Origin: Marsupella aquatica
Taxonomy: Eukaryota > Plantae > Marchantiophyta
DNA length: 64,000 bases
Assembly: GCA_973895155.1 (NCBI GenBank)
Contig: OZ316897.1
Location: 7,678,470-7,742,469, forward strand
Direction of reading: 5' to 3'
Shown: in pieces, positions 52,431 through 63,510 of the stretch
How the letters are laid out: every line of letters starts with the position of its first letter
How positions within the stretch are numbered: the first letter of the stretch is position 1
Made by a program: the position numbers and the translations under genes
Notes under the pieces: generated by a model
What the model was told of the DNA's origin: nothing
The model's database searches: none
Seen by the model: only the letters and a program-made list of their open reading frames with translations

Positions 52431-54974
52431 CTTTGCAGATCTTGTATAGGCCTTCTCAGTTGGAGCTACACCAAATGTCACTCTTCCACAACCGGCATTA
52501 CATGACGTTATAGTCTCCATTGTCGATGAATAAAGACAATATTCCAGGTCTTCCTATGTAACAGGGAACTTTATTTATTATAATGGATGTCCTTGAGCTC
52601 TTTTTTGTGGATGGCATAATACTACCAATTCATTCATGCGTCATGATCCCACCCAATTACGTTGCCCAAAACATGTCTGAAATTGCATAAAGGCTGATAC
52701 AAAATATATAAGGAGTACCAGTGTGAACAAAGTGGAAAAGTTCTCATTTTTTATAATGCAAGCGCTGCCACTGACAAGTCGATAGCCAATGGGTTGAACC
52801 GTGTAATTCACATTGTACACAATGTATGTTTTACAGCACGAAGTAAATCCTACGATGAGCACATGCGCTTTTGCAAAAATGGTCTACGACCGCATGAGTG
52901 CACGGTTCTTCTTATCAAAAATAAGCGGGTATACAAGGAGTCACTAAATTTACAGCAGCTGCAATGTATGCAAAGCTTTGCAACAGCTACACGTACTGTA
53001 TGCAAAAATTAGAGCGAGGACCTTAGTGTGTGCCAAATGATTCAAGAGTCTTGTGTTGCACTACTACATGTTATCCTTAAGATTACAGTTGCCCACGTGC
53101 TTTGCCATGCTCAGCTGCTGGAATTGCATCAGAATTTGGACCACTGGCAGAGATTTCCGACATTACAACATCCTTGTCTGTCGTGATAGTGTCAAACATT
53201 TAGGCTGCCAGGTCATCAAGAATACGTTCCTTGTCCTTGCGTTCGCTGTCAGACTCAAAAACTGGCTTGTCGTCTGAAGTGTCAGTCCATTCAGCCTTTG
53301 CTTCAATATGCAACAAGTGTCCCCGTCAACAAATCTATTAATTTATAAATCCGCAGAGTGCATAGATATAGAAATTGTGGGTTGTACAAAATACCTATTT
53401 CTTTGCAAAATCATAGGTATAGGAGTGGGCTTTCTTGTATCGGGCAACCATGTCGAGTATATATCTCTGAATTGCCTTACACTTTCGTTCTGCCTTCCAC
53501 TTCTGGTAGTCATTGTCCCCCATAATCTGAAATAGTGCCCACCCGTGTTCTTCCTCCCACAGTAGACTGTCATGTTTACAACGCATCCACTTTAGAGCAT
53601 CTTCAGAAAGACATTTCCGTTGCATTGCCATGACATCGTGGACTTTGATTGCAGAGTAGTCGGCCTCCAATTGTTCAAAGAAGTTCTTTATTGAAGCCGT
53701 GGCAGTTCAGGATAATCTGCCAATTTAAAATTCATCCAAGAGGGCATACCCATCATCTTCAATGTCATTCAGAGCATTGGTGGTCTAGTTACATACATAA
53801 TTGGAATGCGGGCATTCTGAAATCAAGGCTTAGAAGGTAGCCCAATCGCGATCGTTAAGTAAACTGTCCCAAGCATGGAAACCCAGATTGACCACGATGA
53901 GTTCAAAGAACATAATGAATATGTTTTCAGATGGAACAATAGGTGGGGGGTGCTCAACACGGTTCTCTTCAAACTGTGTCACAAACTTGGATAGAGTCGT
54001 TGCCCTGCACCATTCATGTCTCAACAATAAGAAAGCACATCGACAATCCAAAGTGTAATCATTCGACGTACCAATTCAATAGCGAGAAAATGGACTCACT
54101 TCATCCGCCTTTTAGTGATCCCCCATCGCTATCGCAATGACCCCACTGCAATGGTTGAATTGGTCGATGTTTAAGGTGCTGGGTGTTTTCTGCGAGCATC
54201 ATTCCTGATCTCATTTCTGATTAAGGTGTTGTGCAAGTGGGTCTTTTGTATACAATGATGTTGGGGTTCCATCACTAATCAGTCCCTGCTTATTGTATAC
54301 ATGGCAGCCATATGTCCGCAAGTTTTTGAAGGCAACATTTTTGCAAGGCAACATCTTGCACACGGCTCCATTGCCGTATTTCCAGAAATGAACCCCCTCT
54401 TTAGCTTGGCAAGCCAAGTCTAACTCCTGTTGAGAACTCAAATTCATTAATTTGTTCATTGTAGCGAGCAACATGTAATGCAACAAGCACGTCATAAAAT
54501 GGCACCAATCTTACCGCTTTGCAGTGGGCACAGAGTTCAGGTAAATGTGCAGACTGGCTCATAATTCCCCTTTGGAAATGGTGGATGCCCTTCAGATCCT
54601 TGGTCATTCATGGATGTGGTGTTGGAAACCTGCCTTTGTGTATACTGAGCAGGAACCTTTGCGCTTCTTGGCGAACATCTTGCCCACTCCCTATATTGGA
54701 TTCCAACCTTTGCTCTTCGGGGAGTAAACCGTGTTGGTTGAACAAAGGCATCAACATTGTTATGCCTTCTTTTCTTGGCACTTGTTGGGCACTCTGAATT
54801 AGATGACGATGCAATTGTCACTGCCACAACCTGGGTTTCTTCCTCGTCATTGGCGAGGGCTTCAGTGACCATGCAATTATGCTTTTTGTTTGTTGAGCAC
54901 TGACACCGTGGCCTCACATGACGCATGCTTGGGGGTGTTGGGTATTTACTCTTACGTCTAGGTTAGGTATGACG

Positions 54975-55150
54975 TGGTTGGTACAACAACGTGGGTTGGT
55001 ACAACTACGTGGTTAGGTACAACTACGTGATTAGGTACAACTATGTGGTTAGGTACAACTACGTGATTAGGTACAACTATGTGGTTAGGTACAACTACGT
55101 GATTAGGTACAACTATGTGGTTAGGTACAACTATGTGGTTAGGTACAACT
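54975..55150. repeat. 18-bp tandem array in Copia B LTR U3 (ggtacaacta(c/t)gtg(a/g)tta)
   Basis: About 10 units, identical in the 3' LTR (~60895-61070). Confidence 0.95.
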
Positions 55151-56356
55151 AAGTTGCACACTATATCATAAGAGGCATGTGTGCTTGGAGAGGTAGAACC
55201 AAGGCTCATTGTTATGGAGCCACTTGAGAGATAGGGAGAGCTTACACTGTGGAGACTCGGTATAGCCGACGGGCTTAGAGTTCAGTAAAGCTCTCTTGTG
55301 TGTTCCCGTGGATGTAGCCTCAAGGAGGTGAACCACGTATCTCTTGTGTCGACTATTGTGCGTTGGATGGTTCATGGGCTTGCCGTTGCGATCGTCGTCT
55401 ATGCTCAACAATTGGTATCAGAGCATGCTTGGGAGAAAATTGGCAATCGACTCGGAGGGAGAAGCGTCAAGTGTTTTGACTCAACGGAGAGATTGAGGCA
55501 AGACGATTGTTTTTGAGTCCGGGATTGGCTCTTTGATGCAAAGAGGAAGGCTAAGCAAAATCAATTACCTTGTTGGACTTGGTGACGGCACCAAGTGCAT
55601 TGATCAACATTCGTTGTTGACAAGGTACCATTTTTTTCTCTTTGAAAAACTGATTCGAAATTGGCTATGGCAATTGAGAGAAATCTGTCATCTTTACCAA
55701 TTTTTTTCTCCCTCGTTCTTTCCTCGTTTTGGGTGCTTCTTATATCGATCTTCATCGCCTCGGAGTCTAGTTTCCAAATCTGAAATCGGATCTTGATTTC
55801 GTCAAAACCCGAGTGAGATATCTTGCGTTTGGTGTCGAGGGGTACATTCTGCCGTGTGTATTTTCTGCGCGCGCGACCAGATTTCGACGACGAAAGGTGG
55901 TAGGGGGTTTTGGGGGTTCGAGGACACATGTCAGCCCCTCGATTGTTCTTCCAAAATTCCCACAGGGCCTGTACAAGGGTCATAGAATATTCCAAAAAAC
56001 CAGAGAGCTATTTTTTGACCGTCCGACAAAGATTTCATCCGCCGAACGGTAACTTTTTTGGTTATTTTTCGGCGAGGTCATAGCCATTGAAGTTGGCAAT
56101 GCAGCGCACCAATCACATCGCAATTTTGACAACGGGTTGTACTTGGTATTTCGGTTATTCCCTGAGGTGGTCAAAACGGGGGAGTTTCCCAAGGTTTTAC
56201 CCACCTCGACCAAAATTTGAATAACTTTTCCGTCAAATTTCGATTTTGATTTCGGTTTTCAGTATTGGACTCCTAGCTTTGTGGGCTACGCGGCGGTGTT
56301 GAGTTTCGAGTTTTTTGAGAAGTTGTGAAAAACAACATTTTTTGTGACTTTCTCAT

Positions 56357-57391
56357 ATGAGTGATTCGGAGGAGTTTTTTGAAGACGTGGAACTTGAAGC
56401 ACGAGGATCACCGCGGAGGTTTCAAGGGCAGAGAGAGGAGCAGGAGGAAGAGCACGTGACACCGATACCATCACCGGTGCGGCGTGTGGTGGAGGAAGCA
56501 CTACTACTACCGGAGCTCACGGTAAAGAAGAAGATGGGGACTTTCAAGCTTGGGGGACCCAAGTATGAAGTGACAAAGTATGATGGGCGCTCTGACTACT
56601 TGCTATGGGAGAAGCAGGTGAAGGGAGTGCTTTATGCGTCAGGGATGGGCCAACTGCTGAGCCCTCGTGAAGACGATGTTGATGAGAAACAATGGGACCG
56701 CATGCAGGAGCAGGGAGTGTGGTGTGTTACACTCTATCTCATGCCTCCCATCATCAAGCAGTTGGGTGCACATAAGGATTGCATGTCCTTGTTTGCGGAA
56801 TTGCAGAGCAAGTATCACCGCAAGGAGTTGTCGAACCGGCTCTACACTTCCTACAAACTGATGAGTTTCAGGATGAAGGAATCTGGTACGAAGTTGCAAG
56901 ACCATGTGGATGCTTTCAACGACATGGTTGTTGACTTGGAAAACCTTGGGAAGACTTTGAATGATGAGACGAAGGCTTTGCAACTTCTTAGTTCATTGCC
57001 TCCATCTTACCAGTCCCTATCACGAGTGTTGTTGCATCGTGATAGGGATACCATTTCATACAATGACGTGGTAAGTTCTCTGCTTAGTGATGATCTTCAG
57101 CAGAAGATGCACATCACGTCACAGCCTTCATCATCTGGTGCTGCCCTCAATGTTAACCGTGGGAGGAGTATGCAGCGACCAACTGGGGACCGTAGAACCC
57201 AGTTTAGATCTAAATCCAGATCTAAGTCCAAGGGTAAATCCCCTCAGAGGAGGCAGGTGACATGTTGGAAGTGCAACCAAGTTGGACACTTCAAGCAAGA
57301 CTGTAAGGGAAAGGCAGCGGAAACTTCATCGGCAAATGTGGCTAGGGCTGATGGAGAAGCTGATTTACTCAATGATGAGTATGTTTTATGA
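56357..57391 (+). CDS. Copia B Gag
   Basis: Intact 344 aa: KYDGRSDYLLW, LLSSLPPSY, CWKCNQVGHFKQDC. Confidence 0.95.
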   Translation: MSDSEEFFEDVELEARGSPRRFQGQREEQEEEHVTPIPSPVRRVVEEALLLPELTVKKKMGTFKLGGPKYEVTKYDGRSDYLLWEKQVKGVLYASGMGQLLSPREDDVDEKQWDRMQEQGVWCVTLYLMPPIIKQLGAHKDCMSLFAELQSKYHRKELSNRLYTSYKLMSFRMKESGTKLQDHVDAFNDMVVDLENLGKTLNDETKALQLLSSLPPSYQSLSRVLLHRDRDTISYNDVVSSLLSDDLQQKMHITSQPSSSGAALNVNRGRSMQRPTGDRRTQFRSKSRSKSKGKSPQRRQVTCWKCNQVGHFKQDCKGKAAETSSANVARADGEADLLNDEYVL

Positions 57392-60300
57392 AGCCGGGGG
57401 TATGCCCTGTGCACGTCATCTAGGAGAGCAGATGATGTGTGGATTCTTGATTGTGCTTGCTCTTTTCATATTTGTTACATTCGTGAGTTTTTCAGTTCTT
57501 ACTCTGTTTCAAACGGTTCAGTTCTGATGGGAAATGATCACTCCTGTCAAATTGAGGGAATTGGGTCTGTGAAGATTCAAATGTTTGATGGCGCTGTGCG
57601 CACAGTATCCGGAGTCAGGTATGTACCTGGCATGCGTAAGAATCTGATTTCACTCGGTGTGTTGGATTCAAATGGTCATCAATGGAGCGTTATTGATGGT
57701 GAACTTCAAGTCAGGTCGGGAGAGACAGTGATTTTGAAGGGGAGTAGACAAAAGAATTTGTATGTGTTACAGGGCAATACTGTATGTGGAGAGGCCAATG
57801 TAACCAAGTCTCACGAGGAGATGACTCAACTGTGGCATTCACGGCTAGGCCACATGAGTGAGAAGGGTTTGGCTATCTTACGGAAGAATGGACTCATTTC
57901 TGATTTGCAATCTTGTAAATTAGAGTTTTGTGAGCATTGCATTCTTGGAAAGCAGCATCGTCGTGCTTTTGGTGTTGGAACTCATCGTTCCAAAGCGGTT
58001 CTTGAGTACATACATAGTGACGTGTGGGGTCCATCCCCGACTCCCTCACACTCTGGAAAGTTGTACTATGTATCATTTATTGATGATTACTCAAGATTTG
58101 TGTGGATTTATTTCATGACGCATAAGTCTGATGTCTTGTCCATTTTTAAGAAGTGGAAGGCCCAGGTGGAGAATCAGACTGGAAACATGATCAAGTGTTT
58201 GGATACAAGGGTGAAGAGTCTGAGGTCAGACAACGGCGGGGAGTACACTTCAATGGAATTTGAAGAGTACTGTTCAGAACAGGGGATAACTCGCCATCTC
58301 ACCACAGTTTATACTCCGCAGCAGAATGGTGTCGCTGAGAGGCTCAATCGGACACTGTTGGAGCGGTCACGGAGTATGTTGAGCCAATCAGGTTTACCAC
58401 AAGAATTTTGGGCAGAAGCTGTCAATACCGCAGCTTATTTGGTAAATCTTTCTCCTTCTAGTGCTATCAATTTCAAAACGCCGTTTGAGATGCGCTATAA
58501 GCGGCAAGCAGACTATCATGGCTTGGTAGTTTTTGGAAGTGATGCATATGCTCTCACACCAAAGCAGAATAGGACCAAGTTGGATCCTACCTCCAGGAAA
58601 TGTGTTTTTCTTGGGTACCAGAGTGGTGTGAAAGCCTATAGGCTATGGGATCCTATTGCCTGTAAGCTCGTTGTTAGTAGGGATGTTTCCTTCAATGAAT
58701 CCAGATTATTGAAGGAGGGGGAGAATACTCAGGTCTCCCGTACTGACAAAGGAAAATCTCCTATCCCGGATCTCGTTGAGGGGGAGATTGGTTATGAGGT
58801 GCATGACCGAAGAGAAGGAGTTGCTCCAATTATGGAGCTGGTTCCTGTGCCAGAGGAACCAGAGGAGTTTGTTGATGCTGGTGAGCAGCAAGTGGATGCT
58901 GTTGAGCTTCAAATTGTACCAGCACACGCAGATCAACCGGAGTCATCGGCTAGAAGAACATCTGGTCGCACTGTACGCGCTTCACCAAGGTATGGACAGT
59001 GGGTTGATTCATCTCAACTGCAAGAGGATGATTTTACAGCTGATGATGAGGGTGATGCGTTAATTTTGGAAGAAGGAGAACCTTCTTCATTTCATGAGGC
59101 AAGTGCTTCAAAGGAGAAGCAGAAGTGGACTGCAGCAATGCAAACGGAGATGCAGTCACTAAAGGACAACAAAACTTGGGAGCTTGTTAAGCTGCCTAAG
59201 GGTCAGCAAGTGGTGGACAGCAAGTGGATTTACAAGCTGAAGGATAATTCCATAGGAGGTGGATCGAAGGTCTACAAGGCTAGATTGGTAGCAAAGGGAT
59301 TCACACAAGAGAAAGGTGTGGATTACAATGAGGTCTTCTCACCAGTTGCTAAGTACTCTACAATACGACTATTGTGTGTACTTGTTGTAATGTTTGGTCT
59401 GCTCCTAGATCAGATGGATGTTGTCACAGCTTTCCTCTATGGCACATTGGAAGAGGTGATCTTCATGAGACAACCGCTAGGTTTTGTGAAGAGAGGACAG
59501 GAGGAATTGGTTTGCAGATTGCTGAAATCCTTGTATGGGTTGAAGCAGTCACCAAGACAGTGGAACAAGCGGTTTGACGATTGGATTCGGTCACAAGGTT
59601 TTCACAGAAGTGTATTTGACCCTTGTGTGTATTTAAAACCGGTGAAGAATGTTGTCTTTGGGTTCATTGTTTTAGTACTTTATGTGGATGACATGCTAAT
59701 TGCAGCCAAGGATAGGTCTGAGATTGTTAAGCTCAAGGCACTGCTTAGTGCAGAGTTTAAGATGAAGGACTTAGGGCCAGCTAAGAGGATTTTGGGTATG
59801 GAGATCACTAGGGACTTGGAGGCTGGCAAGCTATGGTTGACGCAGAGCAGTTATGCGAGGAAGGTAATTGCAAGGTTCAACATGGAGAATAGCAAGCCAG
59901 TAAGTACCCCGTTGGCTCCACACTTCAAGTTATCATCAGCGTTCTGTCCTACGGATGACACAGAGAAGGGGTTGATGTCAAAGGTTCCATATGACAAGGC
60001 AGTGGGGAGTCTCATGTATTTGATGACTTGCACTAGACCTGATCTTGCCATGGCTATGGGCAAGGTGAGCAGGTACATGTCGAATCCAGGGAAGGTACAC
60101 TGGGAAGCAGTGAAGTGGATTATCAGGTACTTGAAGGGTACCGTGGATCATGGTCTTTTATTTGATGCGAATGCAAAGAATGCTAGATCATTGATTGGCT
60201 ATGTAGATTCTGACTATGGACAAGATTTGGACCGAAGGAGATCAACAACAGGATACGTGTTCACACTTGGCGGTGGATGCATAAGTTGGAGATCTACTTT

Positions 60301-60664
60301 GCAGAAGTGTATTGCTCAGTCTACTACAGAAGCGGAGTATGTTGCAGCTGCGGAAGCAGCAAAGGAAGCGATTTGGTTGGATAGACTTATCACTGAAATG
60401 GGATTGCCACAGGGGAATGTGAAGCTCCATTGTGATAGTCAAAGTGCGCTCCACCTTGCTGTGAACCAGGTGATGGACAGCAGAGTGAAGCACATTGACG
60501 TCAGGTACCATTTTATCAGGCAGGCTGTGTCTGATAATTTGTTTGAGCTAGTCAAGATTGATGGTAAACTCAACCCGGCTGACGCATTTACCAAAGTGAT
60601 TCCTTTGGAGAGTTTCTCTAGACACCGTGACGTATTGCAGGTTTTGCAATTGCATCACAAGTAG
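57392..60664 (+). CDS. Copia B Pol (PR-INT-RT-RNase H), in frame with Gag beyond a single TGA
   Basis: Uninterrupted frame: WILDCAC, WHSRLGH, HSDVWG, SDNGGEY, YKARLVAKG, YVDDM, YVDSDY, KHIDVRYHF. Confidence 0.96.
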   Translation, partial: SRGYALCTSSRRADDVWILDCACSFHICYIREFFSSYSVSNGSVLMGNDHSCQIEGIGSVKIQMFDGAVRTVSGVRYVPGMRKNLISLGVLDSNGHQWSVIDGELQVRSGETVILKGSRQKNLYVLQGNTVCGEANVTKSHEEMTQLWHSRLGHMSEKGLAILRKNGLISDLQSCKLEFCEHCILGKQHRRAFGVGTHRSKAVLEYIHSDVWGPSPTPSHSGKLYYVSFIDDYSRFVWIYFMTHKSDVLSIFKKWKAQVENQTGNMIKCLDTRVKSLRSDNGGEYTSMEFEEYCSEQGITRHLTTVYTPQQNGVAERLNRTLLERSRSMLSQSGLPQEFWAEAVNTAAYLVNLSPSSAINFKTPFEMRYKRQADYHGLVVFGSDAYALTPKQNRTKLDPTSRKCVFLGYQSGVKAYRLWDPIACKLVVSRDVSFNESRLLKEGENTQVSRTDKGKSPIPDLVEGEIGYEVHDRREGVAPIMELVPVPEEPEEFVDAGEQQVDAVELQIVPAHADQPESSARRTSGRTVRASPRYGQWVDSSQLQEDDFTADDEGDALILEEGEPSSFHEASASKEKQKWTAAMQTEMQSLKDNKTWELVKLPKGQQVVDSKWIYKLKDNSIGGGSKVYKARLVAKGFTQEKGVDYNEVFSPVAKYSTIRLLCVLVVMFGLLLDQMDVVTAFLYGTLEEVIFMRQPLGFVKRGQEELVCRLLKSLYGLKQSPRQWNKRFDDWIRSQGFHRSVFDPCVYLKPVKNVVFGFIVLVLYVDDMLIAAKDRSEIVKLKALLSAEFKMKDLGPAKRILGMEITRDLEAGKLWLTQSSYARKVIARFNMENSKPVSTPLAPHFKLSSAFCPTDDTEKGLMSKVPYDKAVGSLMYLMTCTRPDLAMAMGKVSRYMSNPGKVHWEAVKWIIRYLKGTVDHGLLFDANAKNARSLIGYVDSDYGQDLDRRRSTTGYVFTLGGGCISWRSTLQKCIAQSTTEAEYVAAAEAAKEAIWLDRLITEMGLPQGNVKLHCDSQSALHLAVNQVMDSRVKHIDVRYHFIRQAVSDNLFELVKIDGKLNPADAFTKVIPLESFSRHRDVLQVLQLHHK

Positions 60665-63136
60665 AGTTTTCTTAAACATTCATTGTAATTACTGATATAT
60701 GCTCTTCCTCATTCCTATGTATTAGGCTACGGCTTAGTTCTGGTTTGCTCTAGTTAGAGAGGGAAACCGGTTTGGTTTCTGTCCAGAACTTCCCGCTGAG
60801 GGATCATATACATTGGCAGTATTACTCTCCCCTAGACCAGAGTCAAGGGGAAGATTGTTGGGTATTTACTCTTACATCTAGGTTAGGTATGACGTGGTTG
60901 GTACAACAACGTGGGTTGGTACAACTACGTGGTTAGGTACAACTACGTGATTAGGTACAACTATGTGGTTAGGTACAACTACGTGATTAGGTACAACTAT
61001 GTGGTTAGGTACAACTACGTGATTAGGTACAACTATGTGGTTAGGTACAACTATGTGGTTAGGTACAACTAAGTTGCACACTATATCATAAGAGGCATGT
61101 GTGCTTGGAGAGGTAGAACCAAGGCTCATTGTTATGGAGCCACTTGAGAGATAGGGAGAGCTTACACTGTGGAGACTCGGTATAGCCGACGGGCTTAGAG
61201 TTCAGTAAAGCTCTCTTGTGTGTTCCCGTGGATGTAGCCTCAAGGAGGTGAACCACGTATCTCTTGTGTCGACTATTGTGCGTTGGATGGTTCATGGGCT
61301 TGCCGTTGCGATCGTCGTCTATGCTCAACAGGGGGTAACTACCTGGCTTTGCGTGGGCAGGCTCATTGGGTCTTGACACCTGCAGCCTGGTGAATAGTGC
61401 AATCATATGCCACGCTTAGTGTTTCCATAACTTGCACTGTACCTTGCTTGTCATACAATGATTGGAACACAATTCATATAATGGAAACGCGAAGTCTGAT
61501 ATTCTGTGAGGTAATGGAATATTTGGCAATCATGCAAGCTTATCGTGTGCCTAGGATTTAATCCAAGTTCATGAATAGTCGTGATAGTGGCATACAAGCC
61601 GACATGGAGGTCAAACTGGGAAGCCAAGAGGCATACAAGCGGAACAAAATTTCATTCAAACAGGGCAATAGTGAAAAAATTTGAAGTAAGGTGAATGAGC
61701 TGGAGACACATGTGTGGATATTTTGAAAAAGCCAAAGTTTGGTCATACATAGTCTGGCTAGTAGTCCAGCTACTTTGCCAAGCAGCGTGTTTACAAAAGC
61801 AACAATATATATTGTTGCCATCTGGTTCACATATAGTTCCAAAATGTATTGTTGCTACAAGTATGCCAGTTGCACTACACTTATTGAATAACTATCGGCG
61901 TGCACTGAGGCATCCAATGACAAATTCAAAACTTCTGCTAAGTGTCTCACAAGGGAACCGGTGCCGCCCTGCTTGCTAGCCTTGTCCACATCATCCCCCT
62001 GTACCACCTTTGACGTTTTTCCTGTGCTTGACTTGGCTGTGCTGTATGAAGATGACTGGGATTGTATGATTGGTGAGTGCATCTGCTCTGCAGGTGGTGT
62101 TTCCCTGATTGCTGGGGGTGCGGGTGAAGAGTAAACACTTGCAGAAAAGGCTAGCACCACATTCAACGCGGTTGTCGGGGAGTAATAGGACGTATAGGGT
62201 GCGGTGAATGGGGCCCTCGCAATCCCTGGCGCCTTGCGGGCCGCCCAGGGGTTTGGGTTTGTGTCCATAAGCGAGACTGTGGCAACGTGTTGTTTGATGC
62301 AACAATGTCCAGCTCGTGGACAGATACAATTCCTTGATTGATTTGAAAGACCACATTGCACAGCGGAGCATGCTTCAAAGAATCATGGATGGCCTGGAAC
62401 TGATCAACTGGGTCCATAGAGACTAATGCACTGGCAGAGAGGCCCACTAACTCTCTCGCGGCATCCCAAACGGCAGCTCGTAGGACAGGCTTCCCATAAT
62501 GTGGATGCAAAGTACCATCCGTAAACAACCCCTCAAACCAAAAGAATTCAGTGTATGTTCCATTCTGTATGGCATCATGCTCGCATGCTTGTCTCTGGGA
62601 CCTTTGATTGAAATTTTACACATATCTTGCTGAATGACCGCTGTACAGTCCCAATAGACAAATTTCTTCGGGAAAGGATTGGAGGCGATGAAATTTATAG
62701 CCACTACACTACAGGGTCCCCCAAAACCCATTTCCTCTTCCATGACAGCACTTTGTACATCGAAGAGGGTTGTGGTCAACATTTGTCTTACCGTCTACAA
62801 ATGTTGTGCTTCTGCAACTCGAACGTTCGGGACAGACGACAAAGTAGACTCTCTGCAACAACAAGAAAATAATTGTGTAAGCAAAAGACAACAGCCATTC
62901 ACCTTTAACTTCAATGAACGCAATACCTAAACATTAACAAAAGTTCTACTAAGAAAAGGATCCAGAGGACACACTCTCCGCATGGGCCCGTGGTCTGTCG
63001 GCGTCAAACGTAAGAAGTGTTCAGTGTGCAGGGTAGGTCGTGAGAACTGCATTAGGCGGGAAGAATGTGCGACAACATTCTCATGGTATTGAGAAGCAAA
63101 TCAGTTCATGTGCACAGGCCCACACACATACTTCCG

Positions 63137-63510
63137 TCTTTAGGTGTATCTTACGGGAGAGAGAGAGTATTCCGGGGTACTGATGATGACCCGAGAGGGG
63201 AAATTTAGGAGCCGGCCGGGCGGCTTACGGGAGAGAGAGAATGCATTCTGGGGTACCGATGATGATCCGAGAGGGGAAATGTAGGAGCCGGGCAGGCGGC
63301 AATGGTCTCGGGACCAATCGCGCGGAGTTAGGGGCTGGGCAATAGAGGCAGCCCGGTGCTGCTCTCAAGGACAGGGTCGGCGGTCCGCAAGGGACAGTCT
63401 GCCCGAATAGGGGCGCAACTGCTCAAAGGGCTAATTACAGGTAATTACAGGGGTTACCCTACCGGGCAATGTCGATGCATTAATGTGCATCGATATTGCC
63501 AATCGCTCTG
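63137..63510 (-). repeat. Right TIR with internal tandem duplication (63151-63224 and 63225-63300)
   Basis: Direct comparison with the left TIR. Confidence 0.92.

Larger units (their letters stand above)
54936..61330 (+). mobile_element. Ty1/Copia element B, full length and very young
   Basis: 475-bp LTRs at 54936-55410 and 60856-61330 with one visible difference. TSD ggggg. PBS tggtatcagagc at 55413-55424; PPT aaggggaagat before 60856. Confidence 0.98.
53086..62782 (-). pseudogene. MULE accessory gene: N-terminal RPA70-C-like OB fold, C2H2-like finger and helical C-terminus; interrupted by Copia B
   Basis: 62782-62270: VVAINFI...YWDC-x8-CK...LFTDGT...AVWDAARELVGLSASAL. ~54360: CKMLPC....F.....Y..HV...Q. 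Spliced segments at 53086-54930 carry many stops. That all parts form one gene is inferred. Confidence 0.55.
41665..63510. mobile_element. Long-TIR Mutator-like (MULE-SWIM) DNA transposon with two convergent genes, hosting two Copia insertions
   Basis: TIRs 41665-41966 and 63137-63510 (cagag(t/c)gattggcaat...). Possible degenerate 8-bp TSD tgaacatt/tgtacatg. Transposase on + and accessory gene on -. Confidence 0.88.

Noticed and set aside
53086-54930. Ulp1/C48 protease cargo, common in MULEs
   Set aside because: No HW...D...Q..DCG catalytic motifs were found in the frames I read.
54958-55209. ORF with (VVPNH)n repeats, also at 60878-61129
   Set aside because: Antisense translation of the 18-bp LTR array.
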